DNA from: Elusimicrobiota bacterium
GTDB lineage: Bacteria > Elusimicrobiota > Elusimicrobia > UBA1565 > JACRDR01
Assembly: GCA_041694815.1 (NCBI GenBank)
Contig: JBGFSC010000049.1
Span: 1 to 64,000 of the forward strand
DNA length: 64,000 bases
Direction of reading: 5' to 3'
A program made the position numbers and the translations under genes. A model generated the notes under the pieces. That model was not told the DNA's origin, ran no database searches, and worked only from the letters and a program-made list of their open reading frames with translations. The first letter of the stretch is position 1, and each line of letters starts with the position of its first letter. This document shows positions 47,443 to 57,487 of the stretch, in pieces.

Positions 47443-49728
47443 ATGCCTTCACCCAGGCGTGCGGCGGCCGCCAGCCTGCTGGCGCTCGCGGCGGCGGCCG
47501 CGTTCTTGCTGCGCGAGAGCCTTTTCGGCGGAAGCGCGCTGGCACCCGCCGAATCGCTGCTGGCCCTGCCCCCCTGGAACGGCGTTTATCCGCCCGGGGG
47601 AGGCAATCCCCTGCTCTCCGATATTTACCTGGTCTTTACGCCGTTGCGCCATTTCCTCCACGAAAGCGTTTTAAACGGCTATTTCCCGCTTTGGAATCCG
47701 AACATCGCCTGCGGCGCTCCCTTCCTGGGAGCGATCCAGGCCGCCGCCCTCTATCCGGTGAATCTCCTTTTGGCCTTTGTGCACCCGTTTTACGCCGCGG
47801 GCTGGGCGGCCTTCCTCAAGCTGCTGATCGCGGGGTTCTTCACGTGGCTCTACCTCCGGCGCCTGCGCGCCAGCGCGGAGGCCGCGCTTTTCTCCGCCCT
47901 GAGCTTCGCCTTTTGCGGGTTCCTCATCGCCTGGCTGGGGCATCCTCAGTCCAACGCGGCCTGCCTGCTGCCGGCCCTGGCTTATTTCCTGGAGTCCGGC
48001 CATTGGACCGGCCTGGCGCTCGCCTATGCCGCCATGATCTTGGGAGGACACCCGCCCACCGCCGTGCACACGAGCCTTTGGCTTATTTTTTACGCGGCGG
48101 CGCGATTCCGGGACAAGCCGAGGTCCCGGCCGGCGTTTGCGACGGCGATCGCGCTGGGAACACTGCTCGCCTCCCCGCAGCTGCTCCCCTATCTCGAGTA
48201 TTGCCGGCTCGGCTCGCAGGGCGCGGCCTCCGAGGCCCTGCGGCGCTGGGATCACTCCCTGTCTCCGGCGACCTGGACTCATTTTTTCGCTCCGCACATT
48301 TCCGGCAATTACTCGCGCGGCTTCGAGCAGCTCCGCGTGCTGCTCGCCCTCGCACCGCACGAGAACTTCAACGAGCGCACGGGCTTCGTCGGCGTGCTCG
48401 CGCTGCTGTTGGCCTCCTTCGCCGCCGTCTACCGACGCAGGGAGGCGCCCGTCCGCTTCCATATCGGAGCCGCTCTGCTCTGCGCGGCGGCGGTTTACGG
48501 GCTTGCCCCCTTCCCGCGGCTTCTCGGGATCGTGCCGGTGATCAACTCGATCAACCCGACGCGGCTTTTGCTCGTCATCTGCTTCTCGCTGTCTGTCTTG
48601 GCGGGTCTCGGCATGGATCGGCTCGGCAAGGTCAAAAGACCGGGCCATTCCCGGGTCCTCCTGGCCTCGCTCGGCCTCATCGCCGCGTCGCTGGGGTTTT
48701 GGCTCTGGCATCTATTTTCTCCCGCCTGGGGCGAGATGACGCCGGGGGAGATCCGCTTCGTGCTGCGGCAATTGCCGGCGATGGCCCTTCCCTTCGCGGT
48801 CGCGGGGATTCTCGCCGCGCTGCGCCTGTCGCCTCGCGTCCGCGCGCTTCTTTGCATCGGCTGCGCCGCCGTCGAGCTGATCCATTTCGCCGATGGGGTG
48901 CATCCGATGGTCTCCCGATCCCGCTATTACCCGAGCACTCCGGCCATCGAGCGGCTGCGCGCGGACCCGTCCCCTCTCCGCGTCCTGGGCCTCGATTGGA
49001 CCCTGCCACCGAACACGGGCTCCCTCTACGGTCTGCAGGACGCGCGGGGAGTCGATTATGTGAGCCTCAAACGCTACGAGGAACTTGTCACCGGGCGGGC
49101 GGGGAATTTCGATTTTTATTTGAAAGCGGCGGAGCTCCCGGCGGCCCTCCCGGCCTTGGGCGTCAAGTACCTGCTCTCATCGCGCCGGGAGCCGCCCAAG
49201 GGCTTTAAGCCCGTCTACCGCGGCGAGATGTCGATATTCGAATCCGTGCGGCAGGCCGAGCGGGCCCTGATCGTCCATCGGCATCGGGTGCTGCCGAAAG
49301 AGGAAATCCTCAGGATCATGCGCTCAGGCCGCTTCGACCCGAGTATCGAGCTCTTATTGGAAGAAAATCCGCCGATCCCCCCCTCTCCCGCGGGCGTCAT
49401 CGAGCAAGAAAGGGTCGGCGTCAGGGATACGGCGCACATCGTTCGATATCTCCCCAACGAACTCGAAGTGGAATGCCGCTCTTTAAGGCCCGCCTTCCTG
49501 TTGCTGCTGGATTCTTATTACCCCGGCTGGAAGGCCTCGGTCAACGGCAGGCCGGCGGATATCTTGAGGGCCGATTATAATTTCCGCGGGGTGCCAATCC
49601 CCGCTGGGCCCTCGAGCGTCCGTTTCGTCTATCGGCCGATCAGCTTTTATGCGGGACTGTCATTGGCTGCGCTAGCGGCGCTCTTGCTGCTCTACTGCGT
49701 CCGGACGCAGTGGAACACGCGATCCTGA
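47443..49728 (+). CDS. YfhO-family multi-TM protein (putative GT-C)
   Basis: PLWNPNIACGAP, DSYYPGWKASVNG...RADYNFRGVPIPAG. Confidence 0.82.
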   Translation: MPSPRRAAAASLLALAAAAAFLLRESLFGGSALAPAESLLALPPWNGVYPPGGGNPLLSDIYLVFTPLRHFLHESVLNGYFPLWNPNIACGAPFLGAIQAAALYPVNLLLAFVHPFYAAGWAAFLKLLIAGFFTWLYLRRLRASAEAALFSALSFAFCGFLIAWLGHPQSNAACLLPALAYFLESGHWTGLALAYAAMILGGHPPTAVHTSLWLIFYAAARFRDKPRSRPAFATAIALGTLLASPQLLPYLEYCRLGSQGAASEALRRWDHSLSPATWTHFFAPHISGNYSRGFEQLRVLLALAPHENFNERTGFVGVLALLLASFAAVYRRREAPVRFHIGAALLCAAAVYGLAPFPRLLGIVPVINSINPTRLLLVICFSLSVLAGLGMDRLGKVKRPGHSRVLLASLGLIAASLGFWLWHLFSPAWGEMTPGEIRFVLRQLPAMALPFAVAGILAALRLSPRVRALLCIGCAAVELIHFADGVHPMVSRSRYYPSTPAIERLRADPSPLRVLGLDWTLPPNTGSLYGLQDARGVDYVSLKRYEELVTGRAGNFDFYLKAAELPAALPALGVKYLLSSRREPPKGFKPVYRGEMSIFESVRQAERALIVHRHRVLPKEEILRIMRSGRFDPSIELLLEENPPIPPSPAGVIEQERVGVRDTAHIVRYLPNELEVECRSLRPAFLLLLDSYYPGWKASVNGRPADILRADYNFRGVPIPAGPSSVRFVYRPISFYAGLSLAALAALLLLYCVRTQWNTRS

Positions 49729-50280
49729 TCAGCGCTTATATAAGCCGATGACCTCGGCCTGGCCGAGTATACGCCCCTTCATCGCCTGGACCAACGCGGT
49801 CTTGGTGGCGTTGGCGGGAAGCCCAAGCTTCTTGTCCAAGGCGTAGAGCTTGAAGAAATAGCGATGAGGTTTTCCGGGCGGCGGCATCGGGCCGTAATAG
49901 CCGATCCGCTCGTAGCTCGATACGCCCCAGCAGGCGCCCTGCTTGGAGCCGTCCGGCAGCTCCTCCTTCTTTTCCACTCCCTCCGGCAGGCCCGTGGCAT
50001 CGGCCGGGATATCGTAGATGAGCCAGTGCACCCAGGTGCCCGGAGGGGCGTCGGGGTCATCCATGATCAGGGCGAAGCTTTTGGTCCCGGCGGGGACGCT
50101 CGACCAGCGCAGCTGCGGGGAGACGTCCTCGCCTTCACCGGTGTGCTTCTTCGGAATCAAGGCGTTAGGCTTAAAGGCGGTGCTTGAGATCTCAAAGGGC
50201 ATTTTTTTCCTCCGTGCGGCGTCGGCCGAAGCGAGGGGAAGCATAAAAGCGATAAGCAGTAGGCCTAGGCGTCGTTGCAT
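49729..50280 (-). CDS. YbhB/YbcL (PEBP) family protein
   Basis: DDPDAP, WVHW, YYGPMPP, HRYFF. Confidence 0.92.
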   Translation of the reverse strand: MQRRLGLLLIAFMLPLASADAARRKKMPFEISSTAFKPNALIPKKHTGEGEDVSPQLRWSSVPAGTKSFALIMDDPDAPPGTWVHWLIYDIPADATGLPEGVEKKEELPDGSKQGACWGVSSYERIGYYGPMPPPGKPHRYFFKLYALDKKLGLPANATKTALVQAMKGRILGQAEVIGLYKR

Positions 50281-50379
50281 GGGCGCCATTATACAACAGA
50301 AGGACGCCGCTAGGGCCTATGGGGAAAATAGGCCCAAAGCCCCTTTTTACTTTCAAGCCGAACGCCCATCATATTACCG

Positions 50380-51552
50380 ATGGATCCCTTCCCCTTCGCC
50401 TTTTTTTGCTCCGCCAAATCGGCGGCGCAAAAAATACGGTCAGCACGGATCTCGTGGGTCTTAATACTGCTTGCATTCGCTCCGTTAACGACGAACGCCC
50501 AATACGGCCTGCTGCCGGATTCCCCAGAATCATTGCAAGTCGAAGCGACTAAGACGCTCGACGTTTGCGTCGATAAATACCTCCACTTCGCGATTTCCGG
50601 GAAAGTGCTTTTCACTCAATGCCATGAAAAGTTCGCCGCCTGGGATTGGATGACGGGCAAACGGTTATGGAGCTATTCCGCGCCCGACAACCTTATGCGG
50701 CTCGCGGTCAGCCCTAACGGCGAGAAGGTCGCCGCGGGCGTTGGAAACGGCGACGAGAAAGGAACGCTCATCCTATTGGACGCCCGGACAGGGACTCCGA
50801 CCGAGACCTTGAAGAAGCCCGGACATTATTTCAACGGGATCGAATTTAGCCCGGATTCCTCCCGCATCGTAAGCGTCGGCGGCGGAGAGGCCTATCTATG
50901 GCTTCTCGACAGCAAGACAATCGTACCGCTCGGAGAGCGCGGTGTCGTCAATGCGGGATTTAGCATCGATGGCGCATTCGCTTTTACGGTCCAAGACGAG
51001 AACTCTTTCTCGGTCTGGGATGGGCGCAGTGGTGAGCGCGCGCAACTATCTCAATGGACCGGAAGGGCCGGCTCGGATCATGAAAGCCTGGGCTGGGCCA
51101 TCAGCGCGGACGGCTCGAGATTCGCGCAGCTCGCCGAGGACGCCCCGCACGCCACGGTCATCCGAGACATGCGCAGCCGCAAGGAGCTGGCCCGAATCTC
51201 TTTCGAATGCCCGCATTACCCGAGAATGATGTTCAGCCGGGACGCCACGAAACTGCTTTTAGGATGCTATGACAAAGGCGCCGTAATTTTCGACACACGT
51301 ACCGTGAAACCGTTGCTGACGATCCGTGACAACGTTGATTACGCTTCGTTTACCCCGGACGATTCCAGCCTTATTCTTTCCAGCGAACACGATGGGAAGC
51401 TACGGATACTCAAAATCGATTCCTCGGGAGACCTCTCGCGGCTCAGAGAGGCGTTAAAGAACAAGGCTTCAACAGCCGACCTCCCATTTGCCGACGGCGA
51501 AACCGCCGAAGAGCGCTTCAAGCTGCCCTGGTCGCTCTTTCAGACGCGATAG
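50380..51552 (+). CDS. WD40/YVTN beta-propeller protein, probably secreted
   Basis: AVSPNG, FSPDS, FSIDG, ISADG, FSRDA, FTPDD blades; start uncertain. Confidence 0.75.
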   Translation: MDPFPFAFFCSAKSAAQKIRSARISWVLILLAFAPLTTNAQYGLLPDSPESLQVEATKTLDVCVDKYLHFAISGKVLFTQCHEKFAAWDWMTGKRLWSYSAPDNLMRLAVSPNGEKVAAGVGNGDEKGTLILLDARTGTPTETLKKPGHYFNGIEFSPDSSRIVSVGGGEAYLWLLDSKTIVPLGERGVVNAGFSIDGAFAFTVQDENSFSVWDGRSGERAQLSQWTGRAGSDHESLGWAISADGSRFAQLAEDAPHATVIRDMRSRKELARISFECPHYPRMMFSRDATKLLLGCYDKGAVIFDTRTVKPLLTIRDNVDYASFTPDDSSLILSSEHDGKLRILKIDSSGDLSRLREALKNKASTADLPFADGETAEERFKLPWSLFQTR

Positions 51553-51554
51553 AT

Positions 51555-52367
51555 TCAGCGCGACAGCAATCCGGCGTCGATGATAAACGGCGAGCCCGTG
51601 ATGTAGCGCGCCTTCTCCGAGGCCAGATACACGACGGCCTGGGCCACGTCCTCCGGCTCGATCCAAGGCACGGGCAATAGATTTCCCGCCGAACGCTCGG
51701 CGATCTCGCGGGGGCTTAAGCCCTCCATTTCCGCCAGGCCGTCGTTCATCGGCGTGTTGACCCCGGTCGGGTGCAGCGAGACGACGCGGATGCCGTAGGG
51801 TGCCAGCTCGATCGCCCAGGACTTGGTCAGCCCCGTCAGGCCCCATTTGGAGGCGGCGTAATGGCTGAGCCTTCCCATGCCGCGCAGTCCGCCGACGGAG
51901 GAGTTATTGATGATCACGCCGGATTTCTGCGCGATCATGAGGGGAATCACCCGGCGCGCCACGAGCCAGGCGCCTTTAAGGTTGATGTCCAGCATCATGT
52001 CCCACTGCTCTTCCGTGAGCTCATGGGCGAGCCCGTAGGCGCAGATCCCGGCGTTGTTGAACAAGAGATCGATGCGGCCGAATCTCTTGCGCGCCGAATC
52101 GACCGCGCGTCCGACGGCTTTGTCATCGCGCACGTCGGCCTCGAAAGTCAGGCATCGCGCGCCCAAGGAGGCGCAGGCCTTGGCGAGTGATTTCAGATCC
52201 TCTGGCGATCCTAGCTTGTACGCCGGATACTTGAGCGCTCGCGCCACGTCCAGGGCCACGATGTCCATGCCCTCCGCGGCCAGGGCGAGGGCGGCCGCTC
52301 GGCCCTGCCCGTGAGCCGCGCCCGTGACAAGGCCGACCTTACCGCCCAGCTCTTTCTTTCTTGCCAT
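51555..52367 (-). CDS. SDR oxidoreductase resembling the mycofactocin-coupled (carveol dehydrogenase-like) subfamily
   Basis: TGAAHGQGR, insertion YPAYKLGSPEDL, YAASK, HPTGVNTPM. Confidence 0.8.
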   Translation of the reverse strand: MARKKELGGKVGLVTGAAHGQGRAAALALAAEGMDIVALDVARALKYPAYKLGSPEDLKSLAKACASLGARCLTFEADVRDDKAVGRAVDSARKRFGRIDLLFNNAGICAYGLAHELTEEQWDMMLDINLKGAWLVARRVIPLMIAQKSGVIINNSSVGGLRGMGRLSHYAASKWGLTGLTKSWAIELAPYGIRVVSLHPTGVNTPMNDGLAEMEGLSPREIAERSAGNLLPVPWIEPEDVAQAVVYLASEKARYITGSPFIIDAGLLSR

Positions 52368-52893
52368 CGGGAGCGCAGTAGGGCTGCAGGTATTCGTCGA
52401 GGTCCACGCGAAGCGCGTTGTTGAAGACGTTGGTCGCGATCATCATGCCGCCGAAGGCGGTCAGAGCCACGATCTCGGCAGGCTTCAGGAACCGGGCCAG
52501 CCGGGCGTAAAGCTCATCGTTTACCCCATTGGAATCCTTGGCCAATTGCCGGCCGTAATCGACCACGGCCTCTTCTTTCTCGTCGAGCTTGAGCGAACCC
52601 GGATCCTCCCCGGAGTCGATGAGGATGCGGCGGAAGAACGTGGAGCAGATGAGGCAGTCGGTCTGCGAGGAGATGGCGTGCACGAACAGGGTGGCTGCCC
52701 GCTCGCCGAGAAATCCCGCGACCTCGGCCTGCAAGGGATACCATTGCATCAGGGCCGCGAGCGCCGTCGGGCTATGCCCGAGCGTACGTTTCATATTGGT
52801 GACCCGGCCGTGCGCCGCCTTCTGCCGGTCGTATTCGGCGCGCGAGGCCGCGCCCGCGCTCTCGTATTCGAGGGGAGGGATGCGCGCCGTCAC
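52339..52893 (-). CDS. AhpD/carboxymuconolactone decarboxylase family protein
   Basis: LGHSP, ISSQTDCLIC, NVFNNAL.VDLD. Confidence 0.75.
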   Translation of the reverse strand: MTARIPPLEYESAGAASRAEYDRQKAAHGRVTNMKRTLGHSPTALAALMQWYPLQAEVAGFLGERAATLFVHAISSQTDCLICSTFFRRILIDSGEDPGSLKLDEKEEAVVDYGRQLAKDSNGVNDELYARLARFLKPAEIVALTAFGGMMIATNVFNNALRVDLDEYLQPYCAPDGKKERAGR

Positions 52894-53945
52894 TGCAGCA
52901 TGCGCCGGCGGACCAGCTCGAGCACCTTCTGGTAGCCGCCCAGGAATTGATCCAAGGTGTGCACGGAGGCGCCGTAGCGCACGAACTCCTCTGGCTTCAT
53001 CCCGTTTTCGTCGTAAGCCTTTCTAAAATCGGCGAAGCCGTTCTCGAGCGCGGCGAGCACGCGGGGTTCGACGGGTTGCTCGAGCGTCCGGGAGACCGGA
53101 ATCGAGGAGTCGTTGAACTGCTTCCACCAGGCGTAGGGGATCGACTGGACTATCCCCTCGCCGATGAGCTCCGACCAATGCAGGTGATGCCGATAGGCGG
53201 CGACCAGGAGCTTGGCGCGGAACTTGCGGCGCTTAAACACTTGCCGGGCCTTCTTGAACACCGCGATGCCGGCCCAATTGAGGAAGCCCGGGTCTATGGA
53301 GACCTTCTCCCGCTCCATGATGCGCTTTAGATGATCGTCCAACCGTCCGACCATGAGCGTTACATAAGGCTGCGGCGGGACCTTGGCCCTCTTGAGGCCG
53401 CGCTCCATGGCCTCGGCGCAGGCGACGGCCTGCGGGAGCGTGAAGCTCACCGTCGCGTTGACCGGCACGCCTTCTGCGGTGAGCGCCTCGATGGCCTCCA
53501 ATCCCTCCGCCGTCGCGGGGGCCTTGATGGCGATATTGGGCGCTAGCCCCGCCAGATGGCGGCCATGCTCGAGCATGCGCTCGGGACTGCGGTAATATTT
53601 CGGGCTCACCTGCACCGAGAGATAGCCCTTCTCCCCCCCGGTCTTCTGGTGGACGGGCGCCAAGAGCGCCGCCGCGTCCACGGCTACTCGTTCGATAAGC
53701 TTCCAGGCGATCTCATCCTCGCTGTCCTTGGGGTTCTTGCGGATGATTTCCGAGAGCGTCGGCATCCAGGTCTCGGGGTCGTTTTCCAGCGCCGAGCCCA
53801 CGATCACCGGGTTGGAGGTGGCGCCGACGGCCCCCTGCTCTACCGCGTCGCGCAGCTCTTTTAGGTGGCAGGAATCGTTCCAAAAATCGACCCCCAATGC
53901 CTGGGTCCCTCCCAACGGCGTCGCCTTCTTCGTCTTTGTCAGCAT
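52890..53945 (-). CDS. Transaldolase family protein (non-canonical)
   Basis: WNDS, GATSNP, IAIKAPAT (Schiff-base Lys), NATVSF, VGRLDD. Confidence 0.85.
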   Translation of the reverse strand: MLTKTKKATPLGGTQALGVDFWNDSCHLKELRDAVEQGAVGATSNPVIVGSALENDPETWMPTLSEIIRKNPKDSEDEIAWKLIERVAVDAAALLAPVHQKTGGEKGYLSVQVSPKYYRSPERMLEHGRHLAGLAPNIAIKAPATAEGLEAIEALTAEGVPVNATVSFTLPQAVACAEAMERGLKRAKVPPQPYVTLMVGRLDDHLKRIMEREKVSIDPGFLNWAGIAVFKKARQVFKRRKFRAKLLVAAYRHHLHWSELIGEGIVQSIPYAWWKQFNDSSIPVSRTLEQPVEPRVLAALENGFADFRKAYDENGMKPEEFVRYGASVHTLDQFLGGYQKVLELVRRRMLQ

Positions 53946-54817
53946 CCGATGGCCTTCCTGAGATATTCTCGGCCCTTGCGGGCGTACTCCAAGGGGTTGG
54001 CTTTCGCTGGGTCCTGCTCGGCCTCCACCACCAGCCAACCCTCATAATCCTTCTTTTTGAGCAGTTCGAAAATGGGGCGGTAATCGATGCACCCGTCGCC
54101 GGGCACCGTGAATACGCCCTCGCGCACCGCCTGCTCGAAGCTATAGCCCCGCGCGCGGGCCCTCTCGGCCACCTCCGGGCGCACGTCCTTTAAATGGACA
54201 TGGACGACCCGGTCCAAATGCCGCCCGATGACCGAGACCGGATCCATGCCGGCGAAGGCCATATGCCCGGTGTCGGCGAGCAGGCGCAGCTTCCTCGTCA
54301 TGGACATCAGACGGTCGAGCTCGGCCTCGTTCTGAATCACCGTGCCCATATGGTGGTGGTAGGCCGTCTGAAGGCCGAGGCCCTCTCCCAATTTCGCCAG
54401 GCGCTCGAGCCCCGAGGCGAGGCGCTCCCATTGCTCTTGCGTCAAGGGTTGCGCGTCGAAGCGCAGCGGGACCCCGCTGCGCTCGTAGACGCGCCCGCTA
54501 CACTCGGCCACGATGGCCACGCGGCTTCCCATCTCCGTGAGCAAGCGCGCGTGCTCGAGGAATCTTTTTCCCTCTTCTTCTACGCTTTTCGAAAGCAGGT
54601 AGCAGCTATGCCAGCCAGAAGCAAGCGCAAGCCGGTGTTGCGATAAAAGGGCCTTGAGCGCGGAGGGCTGCCTCGGGAATTTATGGCCCAATTCGGTGCC
54701 CGCGTAGCCGGCCTCGCGCATCTCGCTCAAGCATTGCTCGAGCGGGATCGAGCCGCCGAGATCCCGGAAGTCGTCGTTGCTCCAACCGATCGGCTGGGCC
54801 GCTATCCGAACCTTCAT
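53939..54817 (-). CDS. iolE: myo-inosose-2 dehydratase
   Basis: PIGWSNDD, GTELG, YHHHMGT, DTGH, VHLKD, FTVPGDG, VEAEQDP. Confidence 0.95.
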   Translation of the reverse strand: MKVRIAAQPIGWSNDDFRDLGGSIPLEQCLSEMREAGYAGTELGHKFPRQPSALKALLSQHRLALASGWHSCYLLSKSVEEEGKRFLEHARLLTEMGSRVAIVAECSGRVYERSGVPLRFDAQPLTQEQWERLASGLERLAKLGEGLGLQTAYHHHMGTVIQNEAELDRLMSMTRKLRLLADTGHMAFAGMDPVSVIGRHLDRVVHVHLKDVRPEVAERARARGYSFEQAVREGVFTVPGDGCIDYRPIFELLKKKDYEGWLVVEAEQDPAKANPLEYARKGREYLRKAIGC

Positions 54818-54818
54818 C

Positions 54819-56684
54819 TCAGTAATAAAACCTCTGGCGTTTCGCCTTAGCGACGTAATCCGCGCGCGAGCGCCGCACCGAGGCGGGCCTGGAGACCTCG
54901 GCCACCGGGACATCCCACCAGGAAAAGCCCGGCACGAAGCGGTCGGGGTCGACGGGGACGTGGATGAGGGCCGTGCGCGGCTGCTCGCGCGCCTCGCGCA
55001 GGGCGTGGGCCAGCGAGTCGCGGTCCTTGGCCGACCAAGTCGCGGCCCCTAGGCTCGCCGCGTTGGAGACGAAGTCGAGCGCGAGGGTCGGCCCGGTCAA
55101 TCGGCCGGTCGCGGCCTCGCGGTGGCGGAACTCGTTGCCGAAGCCGGGCCCCGCCGTGTGCCGCTGCAGGTTGTGTATGCACTGGTAGCCGTGATTGTCG
55201 AGCAGCACGATCGTGATCTTGAGGCCCTCCTGCACCGCGGTCGCGATCTCGTGGTTGAGCATCAGGTAGCTGCCGTCCCCAACGGCGGCGTAGACCTCGC
55301 GGTCGGGCCGGGCCATCTTGATCCCCAGGGCCCCGGCGATCTCGTAACCCATGCAGGAATAGCCGTATTCCGAATGGTAGTCCCCGGGCGCCTTCGAGCG
55401 CCACAGCTTATGCAGGTCTCCCGGCAATCCGCCGGCGGCGTGCACGAGGATCGAGTTCTCATCGAGCGCCTCGTTGAGTACCGAGATCACCTCGGCCTGC
55501 GACATCCGCGCGCCTGCGGGAGGCTTTACGATCGCGGCATAGCGGCGCTCCCAGTCCTCCTTGGCCGCGCGGATCTCCGCCGCGTAGGCTCGCGGGATTT
55601 TATGCCCTTGCAGTGCCCGACCCAAGGATTCGAGCGTGGCCTTGGCGTCCGCGGCGATGGGCAGCGCCCCGTGCTTACGGGCGTCGAAGGCGTTAAGATT
55701 AATATTGATGAAGCGGACGCCTGGTTCCTGGAACTGCGTCTTGGAGGCCGTGGTAAAATCGGAGTACCGGTGGCCCACCGACAGGACGAGATCGGCCTTA
55801 AGGGCGAGGCGGTTGGCGGCCGAATTGCCCGTCGCGCCGACGGCGCCGATGCAGAGCGGATGCGAATCCGGCAGAGCACCCTTGCCCGCCTGGGTGCATG
55901 CCACCGGGATGCCCAGGCGCTCGGCGAAGGCGCGCAGGGCCTCGGTCGCCTCCGAATAGTGAACACCACCGCCCGCGATGATGAGGGGCCGCCGCGCCGA
56001 GCGCAGCCAGCGCGCCGCCTCCCGAAGGGCCTCGCGCGAGGGCTGCGGACGAGGCACCGCGTAGACCCTTTTTTCGAAGAAGGCCGCCGGATAGTCGAAG
56101 GCCTCGGCCTGCACGTCCTCGGGAAGGCAGAGCGTCACCGCCCCGGTCTCGGCGGGGTCGGCCAGCACGCGCATGGCCTCGGGCAGCGCCGCTAGGATCT
56201 GCTCGGGACGGTTGATTCGGTCCCAATATCGCGAGACGGGCTTAAAGCAATCATTGACGCTTACATCCATGCTCTGCGGGAACTCGAGCTGCTGGAGCAC
56301 CGGATTGGGCCGGCGATTGGCGAAGATATCTCCGGGCAGTAGGAGGACCGGGATGCGGTTGATGGTCGCACCCGCCGCGCCGGTGACCATGTTGGTCGCG
56401 CCGGGGCCGACCGAGCTGGTGCAGGCCATGGCGCCGAGGCGGTGCAGGGTTTTCGAGTACGCCGCCGCGGCATGCACCATCGCCTGCTCGTTTTTCGGCT
56501 GGAAATAGGGAAGCTCCCGGCCGCCGCGCTCCTCCAAGGCCTGGCCGAGGCCCGCCACGTTGCCGTGGCCGAAAATCCCGAATACCCCGCGGATGAGCCG
56601 ATGCTCCGCGCCGTCGCGCGAGACGTATTGCCGCTTGAGGAACTCCACCATGGCCTGGCCCATCGTCAGGCGGATCGTCCTCAT
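54819..56684 (-). CDS. iolD: 3D-(3,5/4)-trihydroxycyclohexane-1,2-dione acylhydrolase (ThDP)
   Basis: GIFGHGNVAG, NEQAMVH, EYGYSCMGYEI, GDGSYLM, WWDVPV. Confidence 0.96.
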   Translation of the reverse strand: MRTIRLTMGQAMVEFLKRQYVSRDGAEHRLIRGVFGIFGHGNVAGLGQALEERGGRELPYFQPKNEQAMVHAAAAYSKTLHRLGAMACTSSVGPGATNMVTGAAGATINRIPVLLLPGDIFANRRPNPVLQQLEFPQSMDVSVNDCFKPVSRYWDRINRPEQILAALPEAMRVLADPAETGAVTLCLPEDVQAEAFDYPAAFFEKRVYAVPRPQPSREALREAARWLRSARRPLIIAGGGVHYSEATEALRAFAERLGIPVACTQAGKGALPDSHPLCIGAVGATGNSAANRLALKADLVLSVGHRYSDFTTASKTQFQEPGVRFININLNAFDARKHGALPIAADAKATLESLGRALQGHKIPRAYAAEIRAAKEDWERRYAAIVKPPAGARMSQAEVISVLNEALDENSILVHAAGGLPGDLHKLWRSKAPGDYHSEYGYSCMGYEIAGALGIKMARPDREVYAAVGDGSYLMLNHEIATAVQEGLKITIVLLDNHGYQCIHNLQRHTAGPGFGNEFRHREAATGRLTGPTLALDFVSNAASLGAATWSAKDRDSLAHALREAREQPRTALIHVPVDPDRFVPGFSWWDVPVAEVSRPASVRRSRADYVAKAKRQRFYY

Positions 56685-57487
56685 AACGGCGGCCGCCACC
56701 CCTGCTTCTTGGGATCGAGCGTCCATTCATGCTCGGGAAGGAACTTAAAGCCCCGGTACGGGTTGTCCTTAAGATGGCGCACCACCCAGAGATACCACAT
56801 CCCGTAGCCCGGGGCGGCGACCTGCGCATGGCCGACGCAGTTCAATATCTTGAGCGTGTCGCGCTGGCGCACCTTGTAGACTTCCTCGCCGAGCTCGCCG
56901 TGCCCATAGCCCTGCGGCTCGGTGAAGCGGTAATGGTAGATCTCGGCCTGCGGGTGCGTGTGGGGCGGGTAGCTCGACCAGCGCCCCGGATAGTTGACCA
57001 CCTCGCCCAGGACGAGATTGGCCTGGGGCCGGTTGTTCCAATCGAAGATGAGTCGGACATTGCGCAGCGCGGCCTCCTGGACCAAGCCCTTACCGCGGTA
57101 CTCGGACTCAAGCCCTTCGGGCAGGAACAGCTTGGGCTCGAAGCGTCGGCTGTTTTCCGCGCGCATCAGCGCCCATTCCACATCGCCCAACGCCTTAATA
57201 CACACGGGCGTCGACGGCCCCACGTGTAGAGCGGTCGGCTGCTCCTCGAACAGCGAGCGGCGCGACAGGCGGCTCCGGATGCCTCCCGCCTCGACCTCCA
57301 CCTCGCCGCCTAAGAGCAGCCAAGCCGATTCCTTGGGGTGCGTCTCGGAAATCGTATCGCCGGCCTTTAGCTTCCAAAAGCCGAGGTCCATGCCCGTGTC
57401 GCATTCCCGTTCGCCCTCCTCGGTCACCGCCGTGAATCCCGGAGGGAAGCCATCACGGAACCGGGTGATATGCGCCGGGCTATTCAC
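56681..57487 (-). CDS. iolB: 5-deoxy-glucuronate isomerase
   Basis: GRWSSYPPHTH, EIYHYRF, APGYGMWYLW. Confidence 0.92.
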   Translation of the reverse strand: MNSPAHITRFRDGFPPGFTAVTEEGERECDTGMDLGFWKLKAGDTISETHPKESAWLLLGGEVEVEAGGIRSRLSRRSLFEEQPTALHVGPSTPVCIKALGDVEWALMRAENSRRFEPKLFLPEGLESEYRGKGLVQEAALRNVRLIFDWNNRPQANLVLGEVVNYPGRWSSYPPHTHPQAEIYHYRFTEPQGYGHGELGEEVYKVRQRDTLKILNCVGHAQVAAPGYGMWYLWVVRHLKDNPYRGFKFLPEHEWTLDPKKQGWRPPL

